A DNA stretch of 62,063 bases, the filler included, from Nemertoderma westbladi (lineage: Eukaryota > Animalia > Xenacoelomorpha): the NCBI GenBank assembly GCA_032718475.1. It is 3 parts of 3 records of this genome, joined end to end, with 100 filler letters (N's around TTAATTAATTAA, not from the genome) between each part and the next. Parts side by side here need not be neighbours in the genome. Positions count along the whole stretch, not along the records: positions 26,565 to 53,094 come from JAUCBJ010003894.1; 2 more parts are not named here. One strand, 5' to 3'. Each line of letters begins with the position of its first letter. Within the stretch, counting starts at the first letter, position 1. Of the stretch, positions 38,001-53,194 are shown one piece after another. The notes below the pieces were generated by a model. That model did no database searches and was not told the origin of the DNA. It worked only from the letters and a program-made list of their open reading frames with translations. The translations under genes were made by a program, and so were the position numbers.

Positions 38001-39869
38001 CTCTGTGACAGATTATATTATTATGATTATGTTAGATTATGTTAGATTTATGTTACAGATTATTGACTTTCCAAAACTGTAACTTAGGGCACTTTTCTGT
38101 TTGAGTCTCCTGTTGCTAAGTAACGAAGTATATCAGCAAGACGTTCAGGAGGTGTAGGCCTGATAAAAACTATTGACTAGAAAGATATAGATATAGAGAG
38201 ATATAGAATTGATAACACCCAATAAGATACTGCAATAATAAACCTGTAAAATTGTGAACGATATAGCGATAGGAGATTAGCTCTAAAGCACTTATCGCCA
38301 AAAGCTTATCTCTTATCGCTTAATTTATGTCTCAATTCTGAACCAGGCTTAAGTGGAATGATTTGCGAAAAATTGTTACAAAAAGGAGAAGCGTTTTTGG
38401 TGTACTATGGGTATTTAGATAACATAAATTCCGTGCTCGAAAAAATATTTGTAGTGAAACATATATTTATGGCGGGAAATTCAAAAGAAATTGGTGTATT
38501 ACAATCCAAACAAAAGGTAGAGTAGGGGGAGAATAAAGATGGAAATAGTGATGTTCCAGAATAACAACTCCACAGTAACTACATGTATTACTATTCAACA
38601 TAGGCTAAAACCTCTCGGCCTTATGGACAACTGAAAATTAAATAGACTTGGTTTACCGCCGGAAATGTGTATTACTGAATTTATCGTACGGATAATTTCA
38701 TTATGAAATACTAGGTCTATTGTACAGCAGCTGTACTATAATACTTCAAATACTGGCAATGTACAGTAAATTTATTAAACTATCAGAAACAGTGCTTGAC
38801 ACTGAAAGTTCGGCATAAGTAGTATATGGACACTGAAGAAAACACTTGAACAACAATTTGAAGGTTGTTTGTTACAAAAGACTGCAGTTACAAAGGGCAA
38901 CCCTAAACATCAGCTGGAGACAACACATGACAAACGCCGAGCTTTATGGTACACTGCCACCAGTATCAACCACCCTCCATGAACGCAGATTAAGATTCAG
39001 TGGGCACTGCTGGGGAAGTAAAGACGAGGTCATACCAGATATACTTTTCTGGCAACCAACTCATGGAAAGCGTAGTCGTGGACGACCGGCCATAACATAT
39101 ATAGATAAACTTGAAAGGGATACTGAACTTGGGAGAAACGAAATTGCGATAACTATGGAGAATCGGGAAGCCTGGAAGGATCTCATTTCCACTGTCACCT
39201 CGACCTAGTATTAGTACTACTAACCATAAATTGTTCTTCAGTATTCAATTCGAATTCCGGTACCGCTTCTAAACATTTCGCAAACAGATTATAATGTTCC
39301 ATTATTTTAACGGAATTGCCCATAAAAATTCGTGAAAAGATTGTAATTCGTAGACCCAACTCCGTATATTTTTAGAACATTTAAAATTTTTATTTCCTTA
39401 GCTAATTAATATAATAAAAAAGCACACTGTTGCTATGCCTATTTTTAATGTTAGATGTTTATTTTGATATTCCACCACTGCAATACACACACATCCCTTT
39501 ATTAGTAACTTTAACTCGCCTAAATCTCAAGTTGCATTATTTCACTCACTTTCCCTTTCACTCACTCACGCGTTGCATTGCTTTGTGGTTTGTGTAAATA
39601 TTCGCACTCGGGTTCGCGTGAGATAAAGTACTACTTTATGAACAATACTATGTTATAATTGGATAAGAACTGAACAGTGGCTCTGGATATGCCATTTACT
39701 TTACAATATGTGAAATTACCAATAATTCTTTGTTGTTTTTCAGATTCGGGTTCGGCCATTACGGATGGCTTGGATGCGTTACTGCGGCAACGAATTAAGA
39801 ACAGCGGATTGGTATCTCCCAATGAGACCGCGAACGCCAGTGGCCAATCTTTAATTAAACTTTATAAAG
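32087..39869 (+). CDS. Multi-exon gene for an unknown Ser/Arg-rich, coiled-coil protein. Exons 32087-32391, 33258-33473, 33568-33751, 34264-34558, 34869-35016, 35759-35898, 36057-36254, 39744-39869; 3' end not located
   Basis: All seven introns are GT-AG with matching phases (2,2,0,1,2,1,1) and the reading stays open. Exons are GC-richer than introns. Coiled segments include KKKEIQDEINKRRKDLE. Confidence 0.75.
36531..37688 (-). CDS. Probable antisense gene exons nested in intron 7 (37688-37500, ~37013-36894, 36736-36531)
   Basis: ccctag|LLTWMTNFPEKM...ELK|gtaagg. The last two exons join in phase 1 (...DLET-E-LQEYSAG...KIEGLVR*), giving a coiled-coil-like end. Linkage of the first exon to these is unresolved. 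Confidence 0.45.
38875..39220 (+). mobile_element. RTE family B 3' fragment
   Basis: LNISWRQHMTNAELYG...RLRFSGHCW...GKRSRGRP; closely matches 29478-29790 in inverted orientation. Confidence 0.9.
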
Positions 39870-39984
39870 GTAAATTAACTTTTGATTGGATAAGTGTGTA
39901 GTTTTTTGTCATTAATGTTGTCATGGTGAGTTATAATCGTGGGATGACAGCGATTGTTTCACGTGTCGACACTAATGGGTGAAA

Positions 39985-42900
39985 TGGTTAACCACAATGG
40001 CACAATATGGTTAACCACAAAGGCACAATGTGGTTAACCACAATGGCACAATAAATGGTTAACCACAATGGCACAATATGGTTAACCACAATGGCACAAT
40101 ATGGTTAACCATAATGGCACAATATGGTTAACCATAATGGCACAATATGGTTAACCACAATGGCACAATGTGGTAAACCACAATGGCACAATATGGTTAA
40201 CCACAATGGCACAATAAATGGTTAACCACAATGGCACAATAAGGTTAACCACAATGGCACAATATGGTTAACCATAATGGCACAATATGGTTAACCATAA
40301 TGGTACAATATGGTTAACCACAATGGAACAATATGGTTAACCACATTGGCACAATATGGTTAACCACAACGGCACAATATGGTTAACCACAATGGCACAA
40401 TATGGTTAACCACAATGGCACAATAACTGGTTAACCACAATGGCACAATATGGTTAACCACAATGGCACAATATGGTTAACCACAATGGCACAATATGGT
40501 TAACCACAATGGCACAATATGGTTAACCACAATGGTACAATATGGTTAACCACAATGGCACAATAAATGGTTAACCACAATGGCATAATATGGTTAACAA
40601 CAATGGCACAATGTGGTTAACCATAATGGTACAATACGGTTAACCATAATGGTACAATATGGTTAACCATAATGGCACAATATGGTTAGCCACAATGGCA
40701 CAATATGGTTAACCACAATGGCACATTATGGTTAATCACAATGCCACAATCAATGGTTAACCACAATGGCACAATATGGTTAACCACAATGGCACAATAT
40801 GGTTAACCACAATGGCACAATATGGTTAACCACAATGGCACAATCAATGGTTAACCACAATGGCACAATATGGTTAACCATAATGGCGCAATATGGTTAA
40901 CCATAATGGCACAATATGGTTAACCATAATGGCACAATATGGTTAACCATAATGGCATGATATGGTTAACCACAATGGCACAATATGGTTAACCGCAATG
41001 GCACAATATGGTTAACCACAATGGCACAACATGGTTAACCACAATGGCACAATATGGTTAACCACATTGACACAATATTGTTAACCACAATGGCACAATA
41101 TGGTTAACCACAATGGCACAATATGGTTAACCGCAATGGCACAATGTGGTTAACCACAATGCCACAATCAATAGTTAACCACAATGGTACAATGTGGTTA
41201 ACCAAAATGGCACAATATGGTTAACCACAATGCCACAATCATGGTTAACCACAATGGCACAATATGGTTAACACAATGGCACAATATGGTTAACCACAAT
41301 GGCACAATATGGTTAATGACAATGCCACAATATGGTTAACCACAATGGCACAATATGGTTAACCATAATGGCACAATATGGTTAACCACAATGGCACAAT
41401 ATGGTTAACCACAATGGCACAATATGGTTAACCACAATGGCACAATATGGTTAACCACAATGGCACAATATGGTTAACCACAATGCCACAATATGGTTAA
41501 CCACAATGGCACAATATGGTTAACCACATTGACACAATATTGTTAACCACAATGGCACAATATGGTTAACCACAATGGCACAATATGGTTAACCACAATG
41601 GCACAACATGGTTAACCACAATGGCACAATATGGTTAACCACAATGGCACAATATGGTTAATCACAATGCCACAATATGGTTAACCACAATGGCACAATA
41701 TGGTTAACCACAATGTCACAATATGGTTAACCACAATGGCACAATATGGTTAACCGCAATGCACAATATGGTTAACCACAATGGCACAAGATGGTTAACC
41801 ACAATGGCACAATATGGTTAACCACATTGACACAGTATTGTTAACCACAATGGCACAATATGGTTAACCACAATGGCACAATATGGTTAACCGCAATGGC
41901 ACAGTCAATAGTTAACCACAATGGTACAATATGGTTAACCAAAATGGCACACTATGGTTATCCACAATGCCACAATCAATGGTTAACCACAATGGCACAA
42001 TATGGTTAACACAATGGCACAATATGGTTAACCACAATGGCACAATATGGTTAATGACAATGCCACAATATGGTTAAGCACAATGGCACAATATGGTTAA
42101 CCACATTGACACAATATTGTTAACCACAATGGCACAATATGGTTAACCACAATGGCACAACATGGTTAACCACAATGGCACAATATGGTTAACCACATTG
42201 ACACAATATTGTTAACCACAATGGCACAATATGGTTAACCACAATGGCACAATATGGTTAACCGCAATGGCACAATGTGGTTAACCACAATGCCACAATC
42301 AATAGTTAACCACAATAGTACAATATGGTTAACCAAAATGGCACAATATGGTTAACCACAATGCCACAATCAATGGTTAACCACAATGGCACAATATGGT
42401 TAACCCAATGGCACAATATGGTTAACCACAATGGCACAATATGGTTAATGACAATGCCACAATATGGTTAACCACAATGGCACAATATGGTTAACCATAA
42501 TGGCACAATATGGTTAACCATAAGGGCACAATATGGTTAACCACAATGGCACAATATGGTTAACCACAATGGCACAATATGGTTAACCACAATGGCACAA
42601 TATGGTTAACCACAATGACACAATATGGTTAACCACAATGGCACAATATGGTTAACCACAATGCTACAATCAATGGTTAACCACAATGGCACAATATGGT
42701 TAACCACAATGGCACAATATGATTAACCACAATGGCACAATATGGTTAACCACAATGGCACAATATGGTTAACCACAATGGCACAATATGGTTAACCACA
42801 ATGGCACAATATGGTTAACCACAATGGCACAATCAATGGTTAACCACAATGGCACAATATGGTTAACCATAATGGCGCAATATGGTTAAACATAATGGCA

Positions 42901-44060
42901 CAATATGGTTAACCATAATGGCACAATATGGTTAACCATAATGGCATGGTATGGTTAACCACAATGGCACAATATGGTTAACCATAATGGCACAATGCGG
43001 TTAACAATAAGGGCACAATATGGTTAACCACAATGGCACAATATGGTTAACCACAATGGCACAATATGGTTAACCACAATGGCACAATATGGTTAATCAC
43101 AATGCCACAATATGGTTAACCACAATGGCACAATATGGTTAACCACAATGGCACAATATCGTTAACCACAATGGCACAATATGGTTAACCGCAATGGCAC
43201 AATATGGTTAACCACAATGGCACAACATGGTTAACCACAATGGCACAATATGGTTAACCACATTGACACAATATTGTTAACCACAATGGCACAATATGGT
43301 TAACCACAATGGCACAATATGGTTAACCGCAATGGCACAATGTGGTTAACCACAATGCCACAATCAATAGTTAACCACAATGGTACAATGTGGTTAACCA
43401 AAATGGCACAATATGGTTAACCACAATGCCACAATCATGGTTAACCACAATGGCACAATATGGTTAACACAATGGCACAATATGGTTAACCACAATGGCA
43501 CAATATGGTTAATGACAATGCCACAATATGGTTAACCACAATGGCACAATATGGTTAACCATAATGGCACAATATGGTTAACCACAATGGCACAATATGG
43601 TTAACCACAATGGCACAATATGGTTAACCACAATGGCACAATATGGTTAACCACAATGGCACAATATGGTTAACCACAATGCCACAATATGGTTAACCAC
43701 AATGGCACAATATGGTTAACCACAATGGCACAATATGGTTAACCACAATGGCACAATATGGTTAACCACAATGGCACAATATGGTTAACCACAATGCCAC
43801 AATCAATGGTTAACCACAATGGCACAATATGGTTAACCACAATGGCACAATATGATTAACCACAATGGCACAATATGGTTAACCACTATGGCACAATATG
43901 GTTAACCACAATGCCACAATCAATGGTTAACCACATTGGCACAATATGGTTAACCATGATGGCACAATATGGTTAACCATGATGGCATAATATGATTAAC
44001 TACAATGGCACAATATGGTTAACCACAATGGCATAATCAATGGTTAACCACAATGCCACA
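39985..44060. repeat. 23-bp satellite, ~175 copies
   Basis: Unit ggttaaccacaatggcacaatat with a palindromic tggttaacca core. Confidence 0.97.
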
Positions 44061-47000
44061 AATTCACGGTCAGATCGATTGTTTCTTCGCCTCACTTGGG
44101 CGTGGCAACAGCAGGGGGGGGGGGGGGGGGGTTGACGCAAATCGTATACCCCGCGAATTTCTATATCGTCACAATATCGCTAAAATAATTATGAATTAAG
44201 GGAATAGGGCAGGTTAGAGTCGCACGTTATTCTAACCAAAACAATAGAACATGTTACAATATTATTTATGGGAGAAATCGTCTGTTATTTGCATCGATTT
44301 CCCCTGGATAGGGGTGAATTTTGATGGCGTCGAATGTCCCAACCATATCTCGGCCACAGAGAAGGCGGCAGGGGTATATCGCCTTCTACCGCGGGTTATC
44401 AGAAGTAATTGTGTAATAGATAGTGAGAGTATTAAACTGCGTGTTTGAGACTGGTTGATTTTCCTCCTGCACTGTTTCGTCTTGTACTTTCACAAGCGAT
44501 CCTATGTTCAATCCTACTTTACGCCAACTTCACCGTCTTAAACCGCTGGAATTGCACTGGAGATCATATTTTCTCAATTGATGTCAGTATGCGCCACTAT
44601 CTGCATGATAGATGGGAAATGATAAATAAGTAGAAAGTGATCATCCTCCGAAGGTTGTATAGTTGGTATAATCCATCGTGGCGAGGTACAGTATGCCGTC
44701 GGCCATAGGCCATTTAGATTTACCCTCAATTTGTAGGTCATGTGAAAGTATTACCTTAGGCAGCTGACATTCTTACACAGAGTTGGATAACCACTAAGTG
44801 AGTTCAAATAGATTTTAGGACTAAATATCCTCCTGAATTTCCACTTATATCCTTAGAAGGATTTTATGGGAGAATTCCCATAGTATAAATCAATATAAAT
44901 ATTGTCCATATCAGGCACCGGTATAAAAATAAGTAACAATGAAATAATACAGACTGATAGCATATCGCGGATGTTAGAAACTCAGTTACTGTCGTTGTAA
45001 TTGTGACAGTGAAATCATGCGTAAAAGTAGCATACGGTCATGGAAATTTATAATTGTTTAAATTCAATGTTGTATTATGCTAAAACTGTTGTTACAGGCT
45101 TCATCCCCAACTTCCTTTTTTTGTTAAACGATATTTGGATCCTTTCGCACTCTGTTTCGCCGTAGAATCGCCAAATTTCGCTTCAGTACTGTAGATTTGG
45201 TTCCAGTAATGTTTTGAAAATGTGGATTTGTAGAGATTTATTAGGGAGTATTGAAAAATATTTCCGGTGTACTAAATATGGTTTGGAGGTACGCTCAGCA
45301 AGATAACACTATCCTTTCATGAATCGCCAGGGGTAGAAATCATGGTACCCAGAAATAGATGTTGTATGTTGTATGTTACACACAAATTAAGTTCACGATT
45401 GTGAATATTCAATTTTCGTAATGGAATTACACTGTAATATTAGATTAATATTATGTTCATCTAAGCTGCATCGCCCGATACTCGGCATAGCAACTCTGGA
45501 TATGGAGGACACACCATCGCAATATCGTTAGCGTACACATTAAGAGGAATGTATTTGAGCGCACCTAAATCCAGACAATTACTCGCGTAGTTCAATTCAA
45601 TTCATTAATGAATAATAAACAAACAGATGGTGAAATGATGGATAGTGAAATTGGTGAGATTTCATATGAGCTTCTACCCACCGAGAGACTTTACTAAATT
45701 AAGTAATTTACTTGCTGTTGTATGTTAACAACGACCCGACCACATCTTCTCTCAATAGCGGACCGGTCTCGGGTCTCCTCTGCCATTGAGCATAGATCAC
45801 GGCACAGACGATCTGTTCTGGAGGAGTACACGGGTGTATTTATATTTGAGTGAGAATGTTCTCCGTAGGGTGGGAGTGATATCCTCCAGGTTAATAATGT
45901 CAACCCAGTAGGATGACAAAGGTTATGAAATAGTAGATAGTACTTTCAGCCCTTGGATATCAAAACCCAACTGAGGGGAAAAAGGCATGGGTTCAATAGG
46001 AACTGGGCTGGAGGATTAACCAGTTTAACTCCAGAACGAAAGGTAATTAATCCCGGGGGACGCGAATTTTTTTTCAATATTATTTGACGCAATTCCTGGA
46101 GGAGGAGGGCATGGTTTCTTTACTAAGGATGACCTTGAGGCGCATTCACAGTGTGCAATCGGAAAACAAGCCACCCGTGATACGACTTAATAAGCTCAAT
46201 GGGATCTTCTAACTATATACAGTCACATCAGCTTAAAATAAATCTTTTAGCATTATAAGTCCTCATCTCAACTGTATCATATCACATGGACTCTCACTGA
46301 CTCTCATTGCATCTTTAGTTTAAGGATACATACACCTTGGAGAGGAGAGGCTTTGTAACTGCCCTACATTTCTAAGCCCTGCAGCTTTTCCCTGTCCTAT
46401 GAAAACCAACGCTCATCTCTGATTGGTTGAATGTAATGAGGTGTTCTGCTTTAAAATATAAATCAACAATTCCTCATTACGTGCAAGTTATACCGAAAAG
46501 CCTCACAAGTTTTAATTATAATTTAGTAACTTTCAGTGTGTTGTTAGCCTATACATATCGTATATAAACATAGTGTACTTGCTGTATATCTATCTATTCA
46601 TGACTCTTATAATTTGAAAAATATAATATATTTGAAAAAATGTTTAACCTCCATATTTTACGACAAAACATAAATAGGCCTAACTGTTTTGTTTACATTG
46701 CACCTTTACCTTATACACCATGTCACGTTATATACTGTACAGTAACTATGTAGGTAGTTCTACAGTACGTTTTGTGCCAGTGAGTTCGCCGCAATGTCCA
46801 TAAGAATTTATTCATTTCTGTAATCTGGGGCGAGTCATAATTGTGAGCCATGAGCGAACCGTTATAATTATACTGTTTGTGATAATTAGTAACATATCTG
46901 GTTGGTCCGATTATACAGTATTGGTGATTGGTGCATTGCAGATAGGCATTGGCTAATTATTTGTCCAACTGATGAGGTGACGGAGATTAGCGCGTTCTGG

Positions 47001-49174
47001 TCTCAGACACCGAAACGCCACCAAATTTTTTACAAATTATTATTTTTGCCCTAGTTCTACTACTTCTTTGCTGAGACATATATTGAATATATTTCCTATA
47101 GAATATAGACTTATCTTTCGTACAGTTTTTACCACTAACCTTTAGTGAATGGCGGTTAGGTTTAGGGTTAGGTGCGATGCACATCTGTGTGTTGGGCATG
47201 CGGTTTGTTAGTCTTGTTTCAGGTTTTTCGATGGACCTGGTGGCTGAATACTATTTTTAGGCCCAATGACCTGATTCTATGTTTTTTATAGCTTCTTTGT
47301 GTCGGAAGCCAATAAATATTTTATATCCAGGACTAAATCTAATAAAACAAAATAAACATTTTTGACATTGTTAACTCTACAGGCTACAGTAACCAACTGA
47401 TCTCTACAAAACCCTATTTTAGAATAAATTCAGGCAGAGAAAGGGGAGGCAAGCAAAATTATACTCACTTCATTGGAAAACCGACGGAAAATTGTCAATT
47501 ACTGTACGAGCCAAAATTAAGTTATGTTCCTTTCTTATACCCGATGATTAACATTGTTGATTTATCCGTGTGGGATTTGCATCACCCCCCCCCCCCCCCC
47601 CCCCCCTATTCTATGCCCCCAATAATTAAGATTCAATGTGCATTATCAGACTCCAATCACTGCGTTGACTATTGATTTATTTATGTGTAACTAAAAGCTT
47701 GCACTGTAGCACAGTTTATATTATATTTAATTACTTTTGTGTTTGATCCCGACTCAGGTAGCCAGGTACACTAGGTTTCGTTGGTTTCCCGTTACATTGA
47801 CGGGCAATCACCCATATAATTGTGTACCACACCCACTTTGTGCTTATGATGGCCTCGGTTACTATGTGCTGCTGGTCGCTTAATAATATAGTTTATCTCA
47901 TTAAATGTGTACCGTTATTATTTTATTTTATACAGTAATATTATAGCCGCATCAGATGTCACTACCACTTTCAGCATCGAACTTTTAACTTTTATTATTA
48001 TGAAAGAACACTGTTACTTTATTTCACGCCGTGACATATGGCAGCTTCATAGCCTGCCATTGAGTTTACTTTATTTCACGTCGTATTTCACGCTTTAAAA
48101 TAAACCTGCATACTGTATTATATACAGTACACTCTACAAAATACACATACTGTAGACACAAACGCGGTACAATGCCTGTTTGTAGTGAGTTATTGTAGCC
48201 CAAACACTGTGAAACAGCATCTCATTACTTCTGCCAATCAAGGGGTGTGTGTGTACGCTTGTTTAATGGATACTAGGCCTCGCCTACAGCATACGAATAT
48301 CTTTCATAAGAAAATTATTCAGTATTACAGCAGTACTGCGTACGAATTCTATGGAAGATTGACAAAAGTTACAATGAATTAAAAGCAAGGACACCAATGG
48401 CAGCACTCCACCAGAGCGGAAAGAATCCGGGAATTCATTTAAGAAGATTACCATTTCATTAGCAGTGTGTTGTCCAATCACTTTACCTTACCGTTCTCTT
48501 GAACTACGGGATTTTACTTGCACTAATCAATGAAAATTTCCATCAGATAATTCCCACCGCTCCGTTCGCTCAGGTATGCTGAACCGCAGCGGGCCTCCGG
48601 TGTGGGGTTGATAATTTCATCTATTTATATTGCACTTTACCGCTTGTCAGGTGTGTGTAATTGTACATGCGCGCTACTAACATCATCATTATTGTCCAGC
48701 CGCGCGGTTGACGGATATTTTCTCTGAATCTAAAACTGGGGGATTAAGGAGTTGAGGAATTAACTATTATTGCTTTCGGGCGAAGGGGACGGATTATACA
48801 GTGCAGCACGTGTGATTGTCCACCCACGCAAATTTGACAGACTTCGTTAAATATTATTTCCCTGAGAATTAGATGGCGAGGCATGTGTGGTTGGCAATGT
48901 TTGAAATTCCGCATGTCAAATTTACAGCGCTAACGCATTAATACCGGTATATCTGCATCAGAATTGTAGTTACTTTATTATTTATAAAAGACACAGCTTT
49001 TACAGTCGGCACTAATAAGTACCAACGAGACGCAAAGAGGGGTAAGAAAATAATTTGTTGACTGACTGGCTAATCAATCTACTGTACAGTTTAGGCCTAC
49101 AGTATATCCATAATGATTTTATTCTTAAAATCGCCTTGCGCGTCACGGCTTGGTTTAGTTAATAGGCGTAATTA

Positions 49175-49480
49175 CGCCGGATTCACTGTCAAGTACAATG
49201 CACATATATCCTTCCAGACACGACATAACATAGCCCCAAGCTTGACACTTGAACAGAGCCTCCTCCGCGTTGCAGGACATTGCTTTCGCCGTGATGACCA
49301 GCCAGTGCAAAATCATGTACTTTGGCAGCCTCATGGAGTGAATACGCAAGGTGGACGGATAGCCCATTCTTGAGACGCGTCTTAAAGGACACTGGCCTTG
49401 AAGATGCGGATAATCTCGCGAAAGTCATGGTGGATAGGGAGTTGTGGCGGCGCCATTTTGTCGATGAGCAGGAATTCTTA
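49175..49480 (+). mobile_element. RTE family A 3' fragment
   Basis: SLTLEQSLLRVAGHCFR; DTGLEDADNLAKVMVDRELWRRHFV. Confidence 0.8.
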
Positions 49481-50504
49481 ATATGCAGCCCTACATTGCT
49501 TCATTACAGCAAGACAATTGTTGATTGCATGGAATGAATACATTTTATGTTTAGTCAGCATAGCATTTCAATGTGCAACAGCAATCCAGCAGGTCGATTA
49601 TACAGTAATAGTAAAGTTATTACTGGTTATTCTTGTATACAATTTAACTTCCTGATAAATCAAATTATAGGCTAAAATGTAAATATTACAGAGTAAAAGA
49701 TTTAAAAAGCTTAAAAAAGTTGAGTACGCGAAGTTAAGAAATGGATAGAGTGTTAAGTGGTGGACAGGCTGGGGCGTGATAATATGGTCGGCACAGGGCA
49801 GGCGGCAGTGGCGGCTTAAACAGCTTGGTGAGAGTTGATGAAATGGTAGCGGATTGGTGAAAATCCTTTACGAGGTGTAGAAATAAAATAATGGATAAAT
49901 AATATTTTTTTTTCTCTTTACACCCCTGGTCGGGGTAACTAAATATATTTATAAGATTAGTAGATATAGCATAACAAAATTAATATAGGCACCAGGTAGG
50001 TAATAAGTAATAATTAATAAATTGTAATTAAAGGATAGTTTGCGATAGGATGCCAGAACACAGACTGAATTAGACTGATGTGTGATGATTTCACACTGTT
50101 GGCGTGTAATTCATAAAGGTATACACGTATAGGGGGTTTCAAGGACGCTACTCACCATACAACTAGTTGACAATTTTTTATGTTAGTGCACCCATACTTT
50201 TTTATGCTAGTCTGGTTGGACGCAATACTGTATACATGATGCACAAAATTTCCAGTTTGCACCTATCAATCAACCAGAAACGACATTTTTAAGTATAATA
50301 ATTTGTTAACTACAGTATTGTATCTCAGAAAACAGAAGTCAATAAATTCAGGTTGAATTCGGGATGATTTTTGTTTATCGAATTTTCACAACTTGTTCTT
50401 TTCGTGTCACATTGGTCATATATCAAATTACCACAAAGATTCTCGAATGTCATATTTGATTTCTATAATCATGATCAGCATCCAAAGAACTATATTTACA
50501 GACC

Positions 50505-50835
50505 CTAGGACTCTCAATATAGTAATGGGCTGTCCGCCATGCTCATTTTCTCTATGAGACCGTCGAAGCACAAGATTGTGCACTGGCTGGTCCTCATTGC
50601 GAAGGCAATGTCCTGCAAAGCGGCGCATCCTCGTTTAAGTAAAACTTGGGGGGATTAATGAGACACCTCCAAGGTTTTATAGAGTCTGATTGGAAATGTG
50701 TTCATTGTACTTGACACAATGAACCCGGCGCAACATTCATGTGTAAGTGACATCCAGAGATTTGGTGTCCTTAGCTTAGCAATTACTCATGTAGTGTATT
50801 GGATGTAACTGCTGCTCTAAATAATAGAACCTTAA
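50505..50835 (-). mobile_element. RTE family A degraded fragment
   Basis: LKVLLFRAAV; RRFAGHCLRNEDQPVHNLVL. Confidence 0.7.
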
Positions 50836-52436
50836 GATCAAATAAGATTCCGATGTATTTAATGTGACTTCCAAGTCCTGGGCAGCCAGCCCAATCAACG
50901 CGAATTATTCTCCTGGAAGTGATATAACTGCTGCAATAGAGTGACCTTCCAGTAGAGGCAGATGGGGGTGGGTGGACTTTCCACACAATACAATATAGGC
51001 CTATACTGTAGTAACTTCATTATAGATGATTCTGTAATACTGGAAATCTCCTGGGATACAATTTTATTGTAGTTTTAGATGAGAACATTCGTTCCACTTA
51101 GGATAAGGTATTCTGTAATAACCAGTTTATCCAATAATGTTCAGTGTTATAGAGCATCGAACAGTGTGACTCGGAGTATGAGAGTAGGCCTACTGTAGCA
51201 TAAATTAGCCATGTGTGCCGTGTAGGCCTACTGTATGTTATGACGGCATATCCTTCCGATTTCTCTCTTCTCTCTACGTCCTATCTTTACTGACTCATCA
51301 TATCCTCTTGCGTAAATGTAATATTTTAGAAGCTAAACTTTGTAAAACTGATGCCCATGTGCGGCGGTGTGGGGCGAGTGTAGAATAAAACCGTTACAGG
51401 CTTATTGAAACAGTTTGGAGTTAGTTAGGGGCATTTTGGACACTTAAAGTACAGACACAAACAAACCTGACATAGACAATTCGTTCAATTTACAATGTTC
51501 ACCTAAATTTGTTAAATAGAAACTATTATTATGTTAGTTTGGTCATTGGTGCAATGGATACAAATGAGATACCTATTTTACAGTACCATTGATTTGTGGT
51601 TTTATTTAGTTGTTTTCATGTGTTGTTTATGTTCCTGCTTTGCTTTTGTCCTGCATATTAGACTTTGTACATAATCCCTGGCCGAAGAAAACTTTACTTT
51701 ACTTTACTTTGATTTACTTTACTTAGCTGGTTGTTCGTTACCAATTTTGAGCATTGGAATTGTTTTGTCCTTTACTGTGGCATTTCAAACATATTGTATT
51801 TGCATAAAAACTTATTATTTATACATGTCACGCAGTATTGCGTACGTGTCCAGTCCACTACTGTACTGTTGACGCATCCTACCCATTTATTATTTTTAAG
51901 CATCAATTGAATATTAATTTGTATTCTTTTTGGTCACTCATGCGTCAGACTCAATAATTCATGGCATAAATATACCAATTATTTCTAGTCCATCTACTGC
52001 AGAACCCAATGAAGTCGTGATTAATTGCCAAATACAATTGTATGAGAAAGCGATTGCGCCATGGGATCGGAACTGTCAAGCGAACGCAGTTGGTTTCAAA
52101 GATAAAGTAGTACTCGCCATCTGCTTCATCCTAATGATTTTTATTAACCAGTACTATAACAAAAGTATGGCTACACACTTTGTCAGGATAGGTGAGGTTG
52201 GTGGTGGGGGTATGAGCTGTGAGTGGATTTGGTTTTAAGATAAGAGTGTATCCGAGAATTGATTTGACTAAAGAATCCTGCTTACCGATAGAGGGTATTG
52301 AGATTGGTTTTGCTGGAAGGATCCCGGGCCAACCCTCCAGGAACTCGATTACCTCCGGGAAGCGAACAGTCCGTCCCCCCCACAGTGCTCGGGGAAAATA
52401 CCTTTTGCCGCTGCGATCAATTAACTCCCACCCGTT

Positions 52437-52695
52437 ATGGATCGCTGTAGGCGGACCAAGAGTGTCCCATTGATCAACTTTATCGCGCGCAAAATCAGTT
52501 CCATCGGTGCGTCCGGCCGACGGGAGAGTGTACAAGATGAGAGGGCCACCACCGGTTTCTTTACTTCGCCTCGGAAACTCCCGTCCTCGAAACTCCGCAG
52601 TTTGGAATCCACCCCCGAGAAGCACGTAAAACAGCGGCTGCGGAGTTTTAGTTTTACTGACGCAATCCGTAACCGACGGGAAGGAAGACGGCACG
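52437..52695 (+). CDS. Possible ATG-initiated exon in a GC-rich island, product unknown
   Basis: MDRCRRTKSVP...RRES...RLRSFSF...RHG followed by |gtagg. Competing ORFs exist on both strands and the downstream sequence runs into a gap. Confidence 0.35.
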
Positions 52696-53049
52696 GTAGG
52701 TTCTTAGACAAAATAATTCATTGACTAAGTGGATTGAAAAAAGGAAACTGTCCTTCAGCTTCAGTACCTGCTGGGCGTCATGTAGAGATGGTGCAATACT
52801 TGTCTATACTGTATGTGTCCCACGCCGCTACTTAAACTGACCCACCCGCCCCAGACGAGTCCAGAACGTATAAACTCATTGCCAGATAGTTAGTACAGTT
52901 TTCGTTGGGTAGAGTTTTGCCTACAGTAGCCTATGTATAAGGATCGAACTACCTTAGGTTACATTACAAGCCTGGGAACTGGTATTTCGATAGCAGCTCA
53001 CACAAAAACTGGCTGAAAATCCCACAAAAAAGTCTCAATGCCCCCCCCC

Positions 53050-53083
<34 letters not shown>

Positions 53084-53094
53084 CCTCTCTCTCT

Positions 53095-53194
53095 NNNNNN
53101 NNNNNNNNNNNNNNNNNNNNNNNNNNNNNNNNNNNNNNTTAATTAATTAANNNNNNNNNNNNNNNNNNNNNNNNNNNNNNNNNNNNNNNNNNNN
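53095..53194. other. Assembly gap with TTAATTAATTAA spacer
   Basis: N44 + ttaattaattaa + N44. Confidence 0.95.

Noticed and set aside
45090-45905. Exon candidates on both strands
   Set aside because: Several mutually incompatible GT-AG readings; none can be preferred without transcript data.
52131-52694. 187-aa minus-strand ORF as a retroelement or host protein
   Set aside because: No recognisable motif; the GC-rich island is open in several frames.
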